Below, one piece after another: positions 53,361-62,957 of a stretch of DNA of 64,000 nucleotides; positions within the stretch are counted from its first letter, which is position 1; each line of letters begins with the position of its first letter. A program made the translations under genes and the position numbers. The notes under the pieces were generated by a model. The model had not been told where the DNA came from. It did not search any database and saw only the letters and a program-made list of their open reading frames with translations. Origin of the DNA: TPA_inf: Saccharomyces. Lineage: Eukaryota. The stretch is taken from contig BK006947.3 in the NCBI GenBank assembly GCA_000146045.2, positions 128,001 through 192,000 of the forward strand. Direction: 5' to 3'.

Positions 53361-54608
53361 CTAACGTCTTGGACCTCTTCCTCTTCTTGTCATTTCAGGT
53401 AGCTTAAATGGAACTTTCATAGTGGCAATTTTATAAGAAGCTGCAGTACTTTTTGGAATGCCAAAAGCCTCAGCTTGAGCCACTGTGGCACCTTTGACAA
53501 TAGCACCAAGTACCCTGAACAAACTGACAACTTTGGAAGGTTTCAAGTTCAATTCGTGTGCTAAGGGTGTGATTTCAACAATGAAGTTATCCAAATGCAT
53601 TATGATTGCCAAGATGTAGCATAAGATTTTATCTTCATTTTGTGGGTCAATGAAATAGGAGCGATCCTTTGATCTTCCAAACTGTCCAGGCTTTATCACG
53701 GTAAATCTGCTTAAGATACCATCTACCAAGATTTCAGGAGGACTGTTCAACCTTTCTAACAACTTCGTCTTGTTATTCACGCGTCTATTTTCGTATACGC
53801 CCAGTAATAGTGATAAGTAGTATAGTAGCTGTAATTTGGTCATTTGTGAAGGTTGTGTCAAAGAGTCCAATTTCTTTGCCACATACTTGGAATTGTTTTG
53901 GTATGGGAACAATTCCAACTTCTTTTCCTTATCCGCTTCTTTCAGAATTGATGAAACGCGAATAAACTGTAATTCCTTCTTTGGTATTATACTTTCAATT
54001 GGGTAAATTTGTTCTACATCAGTGGCATCGATATTGGCTAATGGAGTAGGTCTATCGTTGGAAGTAATTTCATCCAATTGAGCCCGAGTTGGTAAATCCT
54101 TAGATGCAGTTCTCACGGAATCCACAATGTCAATAGCAGAATCAGTCAACTTATCAGAGTCAATACGGTTTCTTTCTAGATCTGCAATAGCTTTTTTAGC
54201 CTTTTTAGTACCAAACGCTTCACCCAACGCATTTCTCAAAGCAGATGGACGAGTATCACTCTTACTTTTTATTTTTGGACCCCTTAGATTCTTGCTTGAC
54301 TTGGATACAACTTTGGAAACAAGTACGGGAGCCTTGTAGAGTTGAATACTTTTCTTTTCTGGATTAAATAGGCCCACAACATACTGGTTCGAAGCTTGGG
54401 AAGAAGAATCAGTATAACCTTCGTATTCTAGTCTCTCGTTTTCACCGTGTAATACGAATTCGTCCTTTTCAGACTTCTTTTTTTTGTATAAGTCGAACGT
54501 AGTGTCACTGGGAGCACGGAAGCCCTTGAAGAAACTTCCCACGGCAACAGAGGGTTGATCTTGAACACTTTCAATTTCGATTTCAGAAACAGACCTTTTC
54601 ACGGACAT
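53361..54608 (-). CDS. RPA49: RNA polymerase I subunit A49, 415 aa
   Basis: 415-aa ORF with ATG start (cat 54606-54608). Basic C-terminal tandem winged-helix-like region. PAC and RRPE motifs lie in its promoter (see regulatory features). Confidence 0.88.
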   Translation of the reverse strand: MSVKRSVSEIEIESVQDQPSVAVGSFFKGFRAPSDTTFDLYKKKKSEKDEFVLHGENERLEYEGYTDSSSQASNQYVVGLFNPEKKSIQLYKAPVLVSKVVSKSSKNLRGPKIKSKSDTRPSALRNALGEAFGTKKAKKAIADLERNRIDSDKLTDSAIDIVDSVRTASKDLPTRAQLDEITSNDRPTPLANIDATDVEQIYPIESIIPKKELQFIRVSSILKEADKEKKLELFPYQNNSKYVAKKLDSLTQPSQMTKLQLLYYLSLLLGVYENRRVNNKTKLLERLNSPPEILVDGILSRFTVIKPGQFGRSKDRSYFIDPQNEDKILCYILAIIMHLDNFIVEITPLAHELNLKPSKVVSLFRVLGAIVKGATVAQAEAFGIPKSTAASYKIATMKVPFKLPEMTRRGRGPRR

Positions 54609-54730
54609 TACTAGATAAAGTGCAAAAGGTTGATAACGACTGCAATAGTGGTAGCAACTTAAAAAGCCCTCCTAATATCATTAGTGTTCATGCAAGAATA
54701 CTTACTATTAAAAATGAGATGGAAAATTTC

Positions 54731-54740
54731 AGCTCATCGC
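54731..54740. promoter_or_regulatory. PAC element (reverse complement of GCGATGAGCT) in the RPA49/YNL247W divergent promoter
   Basis: Exact agctcatcgc, ~125 bp upstream of RPA49 and ~140 bp upstream of the CysRS ATG. PAC is the Dot6/Tod6-bound ribosome-biogenesis element. Confidence 0.7.
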
Positions 54741-54744
54741 AATA

Positions 54745-54755
54745 AAAAATTTTCA
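54745..54755. promoter_or_regulatory. RRPE (AAAAATTTT core) adjacent to the PAC elements
   Basis: aaaaaattttc read directly, 5 bp from the PAC motif. PAC+RRPE pairing is the hallmark of the Ribi regulon (Stb3-bound). Confidence 0.65.
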
Positions 54756-54778
54756 GCGCGGGTGACCGCAAACATTTT

Positions 54779-54785
54779 TCATCGC
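54779..54785. promoter_or_regulatory. Second PAC-core match (tcatcgc = reverse complement of GCGATGA)
   Basis: ttttTCATCGCgaaga; a 7-of-10 core match only. Confidence 0.45.
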
Positions 54786-54874
54786 GAAGAGTCAAAAGAC
54801 ATTATCAATTGAAAAGAACAGTATTGCTAATTGGCGTCGGTGATTAGGTGTCCGGTCAAGTTCTTATTCTATGC

Positions 54875-57178
54875 ATGAATATCTTCATAAAAGCCCTGAG
54901 AAGATATACTATAATGTCTACGCCGAAGATTGTGCAGCCCAAATGGAAGGTTCCAACGCCACAAGCTAAAGAAACTGTGTTGAAGTTGTACAACAGTTTA
55001 ACAAGATCTAAGGTTGAATTCATTCCGCAATCTGGCAATAGAGGTGTCACTTGGTACTCTTGCGGTCCTACTGTTTACGATGCCTCCCATATGGGTCATG
55101 CCAGAAACTATGTCTCTATTGATATCAATAGAAGAATTATTCAAGATTATTTTGGTTACGACGTGCAATTTGTGCAAAATGTTACTGATATCGACGATAA
55201 AATTATTTTGAGAGCTAGACAAAACTATTTATTTGACAATTTTGTCAAAGAAAATGATACCAAATTCAACGCCACTGTTGTTGACAAGGTCAAAACCGCA
55301 CTTTTCCAATATATCAACAAAAATTTTACTATTCAAGGCAGCGAGATCAAAACTATCGAAGAATTTGAAACTTGGTTATCGAATGCTGATACTGAAACTT
55401 TAAAATTGGAGAATCCTAAATTCCCTATGCATGTCACCGCAGTTCAAAATGCTATTGAATCAATCACTAAGGGCGATTCCATGGACGCAGAAGTTGCCTT
55501 TGAAAAAGTCAAGGACGTTACGGTTCCTCTATTGGATAAAGAATTGGGCTCTACCATTAGCAATCCAGAGATTTTCCGCCAACTTCCAGCTTACTGGGAA
55601 CAGAAATTCAATGATGACATGTTATCATTAAACGTGCTACCTCCCACCGTTACAACTCGTGTTTCTGAGTACGTTCCAGAAATTATTGACTTTGTTCAAA
55701 AAATTATTGATAATGGTTACGCATATGCCACTTCCGACGGTTCCGTGTACTTTGATACTTTAAAATTTGACAAATCCCCAAATCATGACTATGCTAAATG
55801 CCAGCCATGGAATAAGGGCCAGTTAGACTTAATTAATGATGGTGAAGGGTCCTTAAGCAACTTTGCTGATAACGGAAAAAAGTCGAATAATGATTTTGCT
55901 TTATGGAAGGCTTCCAAGGCAGGTGAACCTGAGTGGGAATCACCATGGGGTAAGGGTAGACCAGGATGGCATATTGAATGTTCTGTGATGGCCAGTGATA
56001 TCCTAGGCTCTAACATCGATATTCATTCAGGTGGCATCGATTTGGCCTTTCCTCACCATGATAACGAATTGGCTCAATCCGAGGCTCGCTTCGACAATCA
56101 ACAGTGGATCAACTATTTCTTACATACGGGCCATTTACATATTGAGGGTCAAAAAATGTCTAAATCCTTAAAGAATTTCATTACCATTCAAGAAGCTTTG
56201 AAAAAATTCTCACCGCGCCAATTAAGATTGGCTTTTGCCTCAGTACAATGGAACAATCAATTGGATTTCAAGGAATCTTTGATCCATGAAGTAAAGTCAT
56301 TTGAAAACTCCATGAACAATTTTTTTAAGACTATTAGAGCATTGAAGAACGATGCAGCTTCTGCAGGTCATATCTCTAAAAAGTTTAGTCCCTTAGAGAA
56401 AGAATTATTGGCTGATTTTGTTGAAAGTGAATCGAAAGTCCATTCGGCGTTCTGTGATAATTTATCCACACCTGTTGCTTTGAAGACACTGAGCGAATTA
56501 GTGACCAAGTCAAACACATACATTACCACTGCAGGTGCTGCTTTAAAAATTGAGCCCTTGATTGCTATCTGTAGCTACATCACCAAAATCTTAAGAATAA
56601 TTGGATTTCCATCCCGTCCTGACAATTTGGGTTGGGCAGCCCAAGCTGGCTCCAACGATGGATCCCTAGGCTCATTGGAAGACACTGTTATGCCATATGT
56701 TAAGTGTTTATCCACATTTAGAGATGATGTACGTTCCTTAGCTATCAAGAAAGCCGAACCCAAGGAATTCTTGCAATTAACGGATAAAATTAGAAACGAA
56801 GATTTGCTAAACTTGAATGTTGCCTTGGATGATAGGAATGGACAATCTGCCTTGATCAAATTTTTGACTAACGATGAAAAATTGGAAATTGTCAAGCTAA
56901 ACGAGGAGAAACATGCCAACGAACTAGCAAAGAAACAAAAGAAATTGGAACAGCAGAAATTAAGAGAGCAGAAGGAAAACGAGAGGAAGCAGAAAGCTCA
57001 AATTAAACCACAAGATATGTTCAAGGATGTCACATTGTACAGTGCTTGGGACGAGCAAGGCCTTCCAACAAAGGACAAAGACGGTAATGATATCACCAAG
57101 AGTATGACCAAGAAGTTGAAGAAGCAATGGGAACAACAAAAGAAGCTACATGAAGAGTACTTTGGTGAAGACAAATAG
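54875..57178 (+). CDS. CRS1: Cysteinyl-tRNA synthetase (class I aaRS), 767 aa from the first in-frame ATG; second in-frame ATG at 54914
   Basis: HIGH motif (SHMGHARNY) and KMSKS motif (KMSKSLKN). The track ORF starts at GTG 54848. First ATG 54875 ([20 protein letters not shown]...) gives 767 aa; the second ATG is 13 codons downstream. Confidence 0.88.
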   Translation: MNIFIKALRRYTIMSTPKIVQPKWKVPTPQAKETVLKLYNSLTRSKVEFIPQSGNRGVTWYSCGPTVYDASHMGHARNYVSIDINRRIIQDYFGYDVQFVQNVTDIDDKIILRARQNYLFDNFVKENDTKFNATVVDKVKTALFQYINKNFTIQGSEIKTIEEFETWLSNADTETLKLENPKFPMHVTAVQNAIESITKGDSMDAEVAFEKVKDVTVPLLDKELGSTISNPEIFRQLPAYWEQKFNDDMLSLNVLPPTVTTRVSEYVPEIIDFVQKIIDNGYAYATSDGSVYFDTLKFDKSPNHDYAKCQPWNKGQLDLINDGEGSLSNFADNGKKSNNDFALWKASKAGEPEWESPWGKGRPGWHIECSVMASDILGSNIDIHSGGIDLAFPHHDNELAQSEARFDNQQWINYFLHTGHLHIEGQKMSKSLKNFITIQEALKKFSPRQLRLAFASVQWNNQLDFKESLIHEVKSFENSMNNFFKTIRALKNDAASAGHISKKFSPLEKELLADFVESESKVHSAFCDNLSTPVALKTLSELVTKSNTYITTAGAALKIEPLIAICSYITKILRIIGFPSRPDNLGWAAQAGSNDGSLGSLEDTVMPYVKCLSTFRDDVRSLAIKKAEPKEFLQLTDKIRNEDLLNLNVALDDRNGQSALIKFLTNDEKLEIVKLNEEKHANELAKKQKKLEQQKLREQKENERKQKAQIKPQDMFKDVTLYSAWDEQGLPTKDKDGNDITKSMTKKLKKQWEQQKKLHEEYFGEDK

Positions 57179-57459
57179 AATACTCGTGGCTTCGTTATGT
57201 GTGCAACTATTCAAAAGTACGTATATATGTATATACCATCTTTTTTTACGTTAAAATAGTGAAAAAGGAAAGGAGGAAAGAAAAAACTAATATAATTAAT
57301 TGTATTATATATGTACTTTTCATTTTGGAATGTGAAAAAATTCCAGGCGGAAAAAATTGAAAAAATCAAACACTGCGCTTGTGAGAAAAGGGAAGAAAAG
57401 CATCCTAATGATTAGGCGCTTGATGTTGACGACAAACATTTCGAAGCATAACACTGCCA

Positions 57460-58349
57460 ATGATGAGTGACCAAGAAAACGAGAACGAGCAGTATGTAGG
57501 ATTGAGCTCTGCAGGGCATGAAATGGAAAAATAAAGCAACCCATTATACTAACAATATGCACTTAGCAAGTGCGGTAGATGGTCAGTGCAAAAGCATTCT
57601 TAGGATTGGCTAAATGCGAAGAAGAAGTGGACGCTATTGAACGTGAGGTAGAATTATACAGATTGAACAAAATGAAGCCTGTTTATGAAAAGAGGGACGC
57701 GTATATTGACGAAATTGCAGAGTTCTGGAAAATTGTGCTTTCACAACACGTTAGTTTTGCGAATTACATAAGGGCTTCAGATTTTAAATACATTGACACT
57801 ATAGATAAGATCAAAGTAGAATGGCTGGCATTGGAGTCTGAAATGTACGACACTAGAGATTTTAGTATAACATTCCATTTCCATGGAATTGAGGGAGACT
57901 TCAAAGAGCAGCAAGTCACCAAGGTGTTCCAAATCAAAAAAGGCAAAGATGACCAAGAAGACGGGATACTGACTAGTGAGCCCGTTCCAATTGAGTGGCC
58001 CCAGAGTTACGACTCGATAAACCCGGACTTGATCAAAGACAAACGCAGTCCAGAGGGTAAAAAAAAGTACAGACAGGGAATGAAAACCATATTTGGCTGG
58101 TTCAGATGGACCGGCCTAAAACCCGGGAAGGAGTTCCCGCACGGCGACTCATTGGCGTCATTGTTCAGTGAAGAGATCTACCCTTTTTGTGTGAAGTACT
58201 ATGCTGAGGCCCAGAGGGACTTGGAAGACGAAGAAGGAGAATCCGGGTTAAGCGCAGATGGCGACAGCGAGGATGACGATGGCAGTCTCGGTGAGGTGGA
58301 CTTGCCACTATCCGACGAGGAACCAAGCTCTAAGAAAAGGAAAGTTTAG
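57460..58349 (+). CDS. VPS75: Vps75, NAP-family histone chaperone (Rtt109 cofactor), 264 aa. Spliced CDS: exon 1 57460..57491, intron 57492..57586, exon 2 57587..58349
   Basis: ATGATGAGTGACCAAGAAAACGAGAACGAGCA|GTATGT ... TACTAAC (57547-57553) ... cag|TGCAAAAGCATTC gives MMSDQENENEH|AKAFLGLAKCEEEVD... totalling 264 aa. The track ORF 57579..58349 is exon 2 read from an in-intron ATG. Confidence 0.88.
57492..57586 (+). other. VPS75: Spliceosomal intron of VPS75 (95 nt); the productive 3' splice site is the third AG after the branch point
   Basis: GTATGT at 57492 and TACTAAC at 57547-57553. AGs at 57566-67 and 57577-78 would both give frameshift and a stop; the AG at 57585-86 restores the frame. 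Confidence 0.82.
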
Positions 58350-58885
58350 TAGTCTAGGTCCGGAGCGGGCTTGGACAACGGTTTCCCTCGTTGCGACATT
58401 GCTCTTTTTTTTGTTGAGTCTGGAGTTCTTCTTTGTTGTTTAGTTACCTTAAACTTACTCATTGGATCATCTTTAAGCAATTTTGACTTCTTCTTCTGCG
58501 AACTTATGGATGTTGCGGCACCAGAAGCGGAAATAGTAGTGGCCGCCCTTACAGGCGGTGTTGCAGGTTGGTTTAGTATAGATGAATCTAGTTTTTTCTT
58601 ACCTAATAAATAGTCTTCCTTTTCGTCACTCAGTTTTGCATCCTGATACATCCATTCCAAGCCCGACTTCTTCAAAGCCAAGTCATTCTTGAGAGTCTCC
58701 GGCTTATCCTTGCTCGATTCGTTCAGCAGTTCATTTAGTTCTCGTTCTTTTTCAATTTCTTTCAATCGCGTGTTAAGCTTCTGCTGTTCGGTAATTAGAT
58801 CCTGTTCGGTCTCCCATACTTTTTTTCTATTTTTCATAAGCTTGGGATTCCATGATTTCAACAGATTCAAATCGCCCGACCCCAT
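58346..58885 (-). CDS. CWC25: Cwc25, spliceosome first-step factor, 179 aa
   Basis: MGSGDLNLLKSWNPKLMKNRKKVWETEQ... (conserved Cwc25 N-terminus), 179 aa, ATG at cat 58883-58885. Its TAA stop (58346-58348, minus) overlaps the VPS75 TAG stop (58347-58349, plus). Confidence 0.9.
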   Translation of the reverse strand: MGSGDLNLLKSWNPKLMKNRKKVWETEQDLITEQQKLNTRLKEIEKERELNELLNESSKDKPETLKNDLALKKSGLEWMYQDAKLSDEKEDYLLGKKKLDSSILNQPATPPVRAATTISASGAATSISSQKKKSKLLKDDPMSKFKVTKQQRRTPDSTKKRAMSQRGKPLSKPAPDLDY

Positions 58886-59169
58886 GATAATGTACTCTCG
58901 ATTTGGCCTTTCTTCCCTGTACTCAAAACTGAACGCTCATCTCTTTTGAGAAGCTGCATGCTACGTACCACTTGTTCTTATATCTCTGTATGTAAGCCCG
59001 CGGCGGGAGAAGAAGAAAAAGAAATAAAAAAAGATGAGATGTTATATTATATATTATAGTGTAAATATGCACTTGGACTTAAATAACTAAACAGTTACGT
59101 TTTATATAGGATAACAACACTAAGAAAGAAAGCGAGCAGCGAGTAAGCGACTCGGCGTAAGCCTTGAAC

Positions 59170-59496
59170 TTAAAACCCATGAATTTTAATGTTCTTCTTT
59201 TGCAATCCCAGTTGGGAGATCATAAATTCGCAAACCTTTGCTCTTTGGTCACCCTGCAACTGAATAATCTCCCCCATTTCTGGATCCTTGACAATGTTAC
59301 CATTACATGCAAAGTCCTTCTTTAGGACCTTAAGAATTCTCTTTAAATCATATTCCTCTGGGACACCTTGCACCGTAGTTAAAGTTTTTCTACCATTTCT
59401 CTGTTGGATACGAATATGAATATAGTTTGAAGTGGCGGTTTCGTCGTCTCCTGTGTCGGCGAAAGGATCAAATGATTTCAGATTCTCAATGGACAT
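59170..59496 (-). CDS. SUI1: Translation initiation factor eIF1 (SUI1), 108 aa
   Basis: The track ORF starts at GTG. ATG at cat 59494-59496 gives MSIENLKSFDPFADTGDDETATSNYIHIRIQQRNGRKTLTTVQG... of 108 aa, the canonical eIF1/SUI1 fold sequence. Confidence 0.95.
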   Translation of the reverse strand: MSIENLKSFDPFADTGDDETATSNYIHIRIQQRNGRKTLTTVQGVPEEYDLKRILKVLKKDFACNGNIVKDPEMGEIIQLQGDQRAKVCEFMISQLGLQKKNIKIHGF

Positions 59497-59695
59497 ACGA
59501 TTTGCTTCAGCTATATTAATATATTCCTTGTCTTTTTTGAAAAAGAATAGAAAGGAGAAAACCCCCAGCACGAAACGAAAACAACAAGTAGCTCTTCTCT
59601 TGTTTTGTCCTTTTGCAGTTTGCTTTTATCCCTGTGATGAAAAAAAAAAAAACTAAAATTTTTTGCCGGCGCATCGAAAAAATCTGTTACCCGAC

Positions 59696-59708
59696 CCGTT
59701 ATTGGTGA
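59696..59708. promoter_or_regulatory. Abf1-consensus site (CGTNNNNNRTGAY) ~200 bp upstream of SUI1
   Basis: cgttattggtgat fits the reverse complement of RTCRYNNNNNACG. Abf1 sites are common in translation-factor and RP promoters. An RRPE-like aaaatttttt lies nearby at 59655-59666. Confidence 0.5.
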
Positions 59709-59880
59709 TAATACCCATTTTTAACGCGATCACATATCATAAACTGCAGTGAGAGGGTCGTTTACAGTAGTTATAGTACCGAACCAAAAGACTGGAACCA
59801 TGTACACATGATCCTTTTACGGGTACTTTTTATTGTAATGTAGGTCGGTGCGTTTTGTACGACGACGCAGCGGCTGCTCG

Positions 59881-59887
59881 TATAAAA
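59881..59887 (+). promoter_or_regulatory. TATAAAA box inside a GC-rich island (59860-59916), ~165 bp upstream of the SLA2 ATG; flanked by TGACGCGG and TGACGTC motifs
   Basis: cgacgacgcagcggctgctcgTATAAAAtgacgcggtcgcgcgccgtttgacgtcc is a local GC island in an otherwise AT-rich intergenic region. TGACG half-sites resemble ATF/CREB (Sko1/Aca1/Cst6) sites. Confidence 0.4.
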
Positions 59888-60050
59888 TGACGCGGTCGCG
59901 CGCCGTTTGACGTCCTATAGGAGAATGCCAAAAAGGGTGTTTTGCTGGAAAATATACATATATAAATATATATAAAGAATAGTGAAACAATAGAAATATT
60001 AGTAATACAGCCATAGCAGTAGTAGTGATAGTACTAGCAGCTAGAACAGG

Positions 60051-62957
60051 ATGTCCAGAATAGATTCAGATCTGCAGAAAGCGCTTAAAAAGGCGTGTTC
60101 CGTTGAGGAGACCGCACCTAAGAGAAAGCACGTACGCGCATGCATAGTGTACACATGGGACCATCAGTCTTCCAAAGCTGTTTTTACAACCCTTAAGACG
60201 CTGCCTCTGGCCAATGACGAAGTGCAACTGTTCAAGATGCTTATTGTACTGCATAAGATCATACAAGAGGGACATCCGTCAGCGCTAGCTGAGGCCATCC
60301 GGGATAGGGACTGGATCAGATCTCTGGGTAGGGTACATTCTGGCGGTTCGTCGTACAGCAAACTGATTCGGGAGTATGTGCGGTACCTGGTTTTGAAGCT
60401 GGACTTTCATGCGCACCATAGAGGGTTTAACAACGGGACGTTTGAGTACGAGGAGTATGTGTCACTGGTTTCAGTTTCCGACCCGGACGAAGGGTACGAG
60501 ACGATCTTAGATTTGATGTCGTTACAGGATTCTCTTGACGAGTTCTCGCAGATCATCTTTGCGTCGATTCAGTCCGAGAGGAGAAATACTGAGTGCAAAA
60601 TTTCGGCGCTGATCCCGTTGATTGCGGAGTCATATGGTATTTATAAATTCATCACCTCGATGCTGAGAGCTATGCACAGGCAATTGAATGATGCGGAGGG
60701 TGACGCTGCTCTGCAGCCCTTGAAAGAACGGTACGAGTTGCAACATGCAAGGCTGTTTGAGTTTTACGCGGACTGCTCTTCTGTGAAGTACTTGACCACG
60801 TTAGTAACCATTCCAAAACTACCCGTGGACGCTCCAGACGTATTTTTAATCAACGATGTGGACGAGTCAAAAGAGATTAAGTTCAAAAAAAGAGAGCCCT
60901 CTGTAACTCCAGCGCGGACGCCGGCACGGACTCCAACACCAACACCACCTGTTGTTGCTGAGCCGGCTATTTCCCCACGTCCGGTATCTCAAAGGACTAC
61001 TTCGACGCCTACGGGTTACTTGCAAACTATGCCGACGGGTGCCACCACTGGGATGATGATCCCCACTGCCACTGGTGCAGCTAACGCCATTTTTCCACAG
61101 GCGACGGCACAAATGCAGCCGGACTTCTGGGCCAATCAACAAGCCCAGTTTGCGAACGAGCAAAACCGTCTCGAGCAAGAGCGTGTGCAACAGTTGCAAC
61201 AACAGCAGGCACAGCAGGAACTGTTTCAACAGCAGTTACAAAAAGCACAACAGGATATGATGAATATGCAGCTTCAACAACAAAACCAACATCAAAACGA
61301 TTTAATTGCCCTCACCAATCAATATGAAAAGGACCAGGCTTTATTGCAGCAATATGACCAAAGAGTGCAGCAGCTGGAAAGTGAAATCACAACGATGGAT
61401 TCTACAGCTTCCAAACAATTGGCTAATAAGGACGAGCAACTAACTGCATTGCAGGATCAATTGGATGTTTGGGAAAGAAAATATGAGTCTTTAGCCAAGC
61501 TATACTCCCAGTTGCGTCAAGAGCATCTAAATCTTTTACCTCGTTTTAAAAAACTGCAGTTAAAGGTGAATAGTGCGCAGGAATCCATTCAGAAAAAGGA
61601 ACAGTTAGAACACAAATTGAAGCAAAAGGATTTGCAAATGGCCGAGTTGGTTAAGGACCGTGACAGGGCAAGGTTAGAATTAGAAAGATCCATTAATAAT
61701 GCAGAGGCGGACAGTGCAGCGGCGACAGCAGCAGCAGAAACAATGACTCAGGATAAAATGAACCCTATTCTGGATGCCATATTGGAAAGCGGTATCAACA
61801 CCATCCAGGAATCGGTCTATAATCTCGATTCTCCTTTGAGTTGGTCGGGTCCGCTGACTCCACCCACTTTCCTTTTGTCCTTATTGGAAAGTACTTCTGA
61901 AAACGCCACTGAGTTTGCCACCAGTTTCAATAATTTGATAGTAGACGGCCTTGCACACGGCGACCAAACAGAGGTCATACACTGCGTTAGTGATTTCAGT
62001 ACTTCGATGGCTACACTGGTGACCAATTCAAAGGCGTACGCCGTTACTACATTACCTCAAGAACAGTCTGATCAAATTTTGACCCTGGTGAAGAGATGTG
62101 CCAGAGAGGCCCAATATTTCTTCGAGGATTTGATGTCTGAAAATCTTAACCAGGTCGGTGATGAGGAGAAAACTGATATCGTCATCAATGCCAACGTGGA
62201 CATGCAAGAGAAGTTGCAAGAGCTATCTTTGGCTATCGAACCGTTATTGAACATACAATCTGTCAAATCAAATAAAGAAACGAACCCACATTCTGAATTG
62301 GTTGCCACTGCTGACAAAATTGTCAAATCCTCAGAACACTTACGTGTTGACGTTCCTAAACCATTGTTGTCATTGGCATTAATGATTATTGATGCTGTTG
62401 TGGCTTTGGTAAAGGCTGCTATTCAGTGCCAAAATGAAATTGCCACCACGACAAGTATTCCTCTGAACCAATTCTACTTGAAAAACAGCAGATGGACAGA
62501 AGGTTTGATCTCCGCGGCAAAGGCTGTGGCAGGTGCAACCAATGTTTTAATCACTACTGCTAGTAAGTTAATCACTTCTGAAGACAATGAAAACACATCA
62601 CCTGAACAATTTATCGTCGCCTCCAAAGAAGTGGCCGCATCCACAATACAATTGGTAGCAGCATCGAGAGTGAAAACTTCCATCCACTCGAAGGCCCAAG
62701 ATAAATTGGAACACTGTTCCAAAGATGTTACCGATGCATGCAGAAGTTTGGGTAACCACGTCATGGGTATGATTGAAGATGATCATTCGACTTCGCAACA
62801 GCAGCAACCATTGGACTTCACATCCGAACACACATTGAAGACTGCCGAAATGGAACAGCAAGTGGAAATTTTGAAGTTAGAACAATCCTTGAGCAATGCC
62901 AGGAAGAGATTGGGCGAGATAAGAAGGCATGCCTACTATAACCAGGATGATGATTGA
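60051..62957 (+). CDS. SLA2: Sla2 (Hip1R/talin-like endocytic actin adaptor), 968 aa: N-terminal ANTH, central Q-rich coiled coil, C-terminal I/LWEQ (THATCH) domain
   Basis: ATG at 60051 (MSRIDSDLQKALKKACSVEETAPKRKHVRACIVYTWDHQSS...). Pro/Thr-rich linker (TPARTPARTPTPTPP), then a Q-rich coiled coil. 968 aa. Confidence 0.93.
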   Translation: MSRIDSDLQKALKKACSVEETAPKRKHVRACIVYTWDHQSSKAVFTTLKTLPLANDEVQLFKMLIVLHKIIQEGHPSALAEAIRDRDWIRSLGRVHSGGSSYSKLIREYVRYLVLKLDFHAHHRGFNNGTFEYEEYVSLVSVSDPDEGYETILDLMSLQDSLDEFSQIIFASIQSERRNTECKISALIPLIAESYGIYKFITSMLRAMHRQLNDAEGDAALQPLKERYELQHARLFEFYADCSSVKYLTTLVTIPKLPVDAPDVFLINDVDESKEIKFKKREPSVTPARTPARTPTPTPPVVAEPAISPRPVSQRTTSTPTGYLQTMPTGATTGMMIPTATGAANAIFPQATAQMQPDFWANQQAQFANEQNRLEQERVQQLQQQQAQQELFQQQLQKAQQDMMNMQLQQQNQHQNDLIALTNQYEKDQALLQQYDQRVQQLESEITTMDSTASKQLANKDEQLTALQDQLDVWERKYESLAKLYSQLRQEHLNLLPRFKKLQLKVNSAQESIQKKEQLEHKLKQKDLQMAELVKDRDRARLELERSINNAEADSAAATAAAETMTQDKMNPILDAILESGINTIQESVYNLDSPLSWSGPLTPPTFLLSLLESTSENATEFATSFNNLIVDGLAHGDQTEVIHCVSDFSTSMATLVTNSKAYAVTTLPQEQSDQILTLVKRCAREAQYFFEDLMSENLNQVGDEEKTDIVINANVDMQEKLQELSLAIEPLLNIQSVKSNKETNPHSELVATADKIVKSSEHLRVDVPKPLLSLALMIIDAVVALVKAAIQCQNEIATTTSIPLNQFYLKNSRWTEGLISAAKAVAGATNVLITTASKLITSEDNENTSPEQFIVASKEVAASTIQLVAASRVKTSIHSKAQDKLEHCSKDVTDACRSLGNHVMGMIEDDHSTSQQQQPLDFTSEHTLKTAEMEQQVEILKLEQSLSNARKRLGEIRRHAYYNQDDD

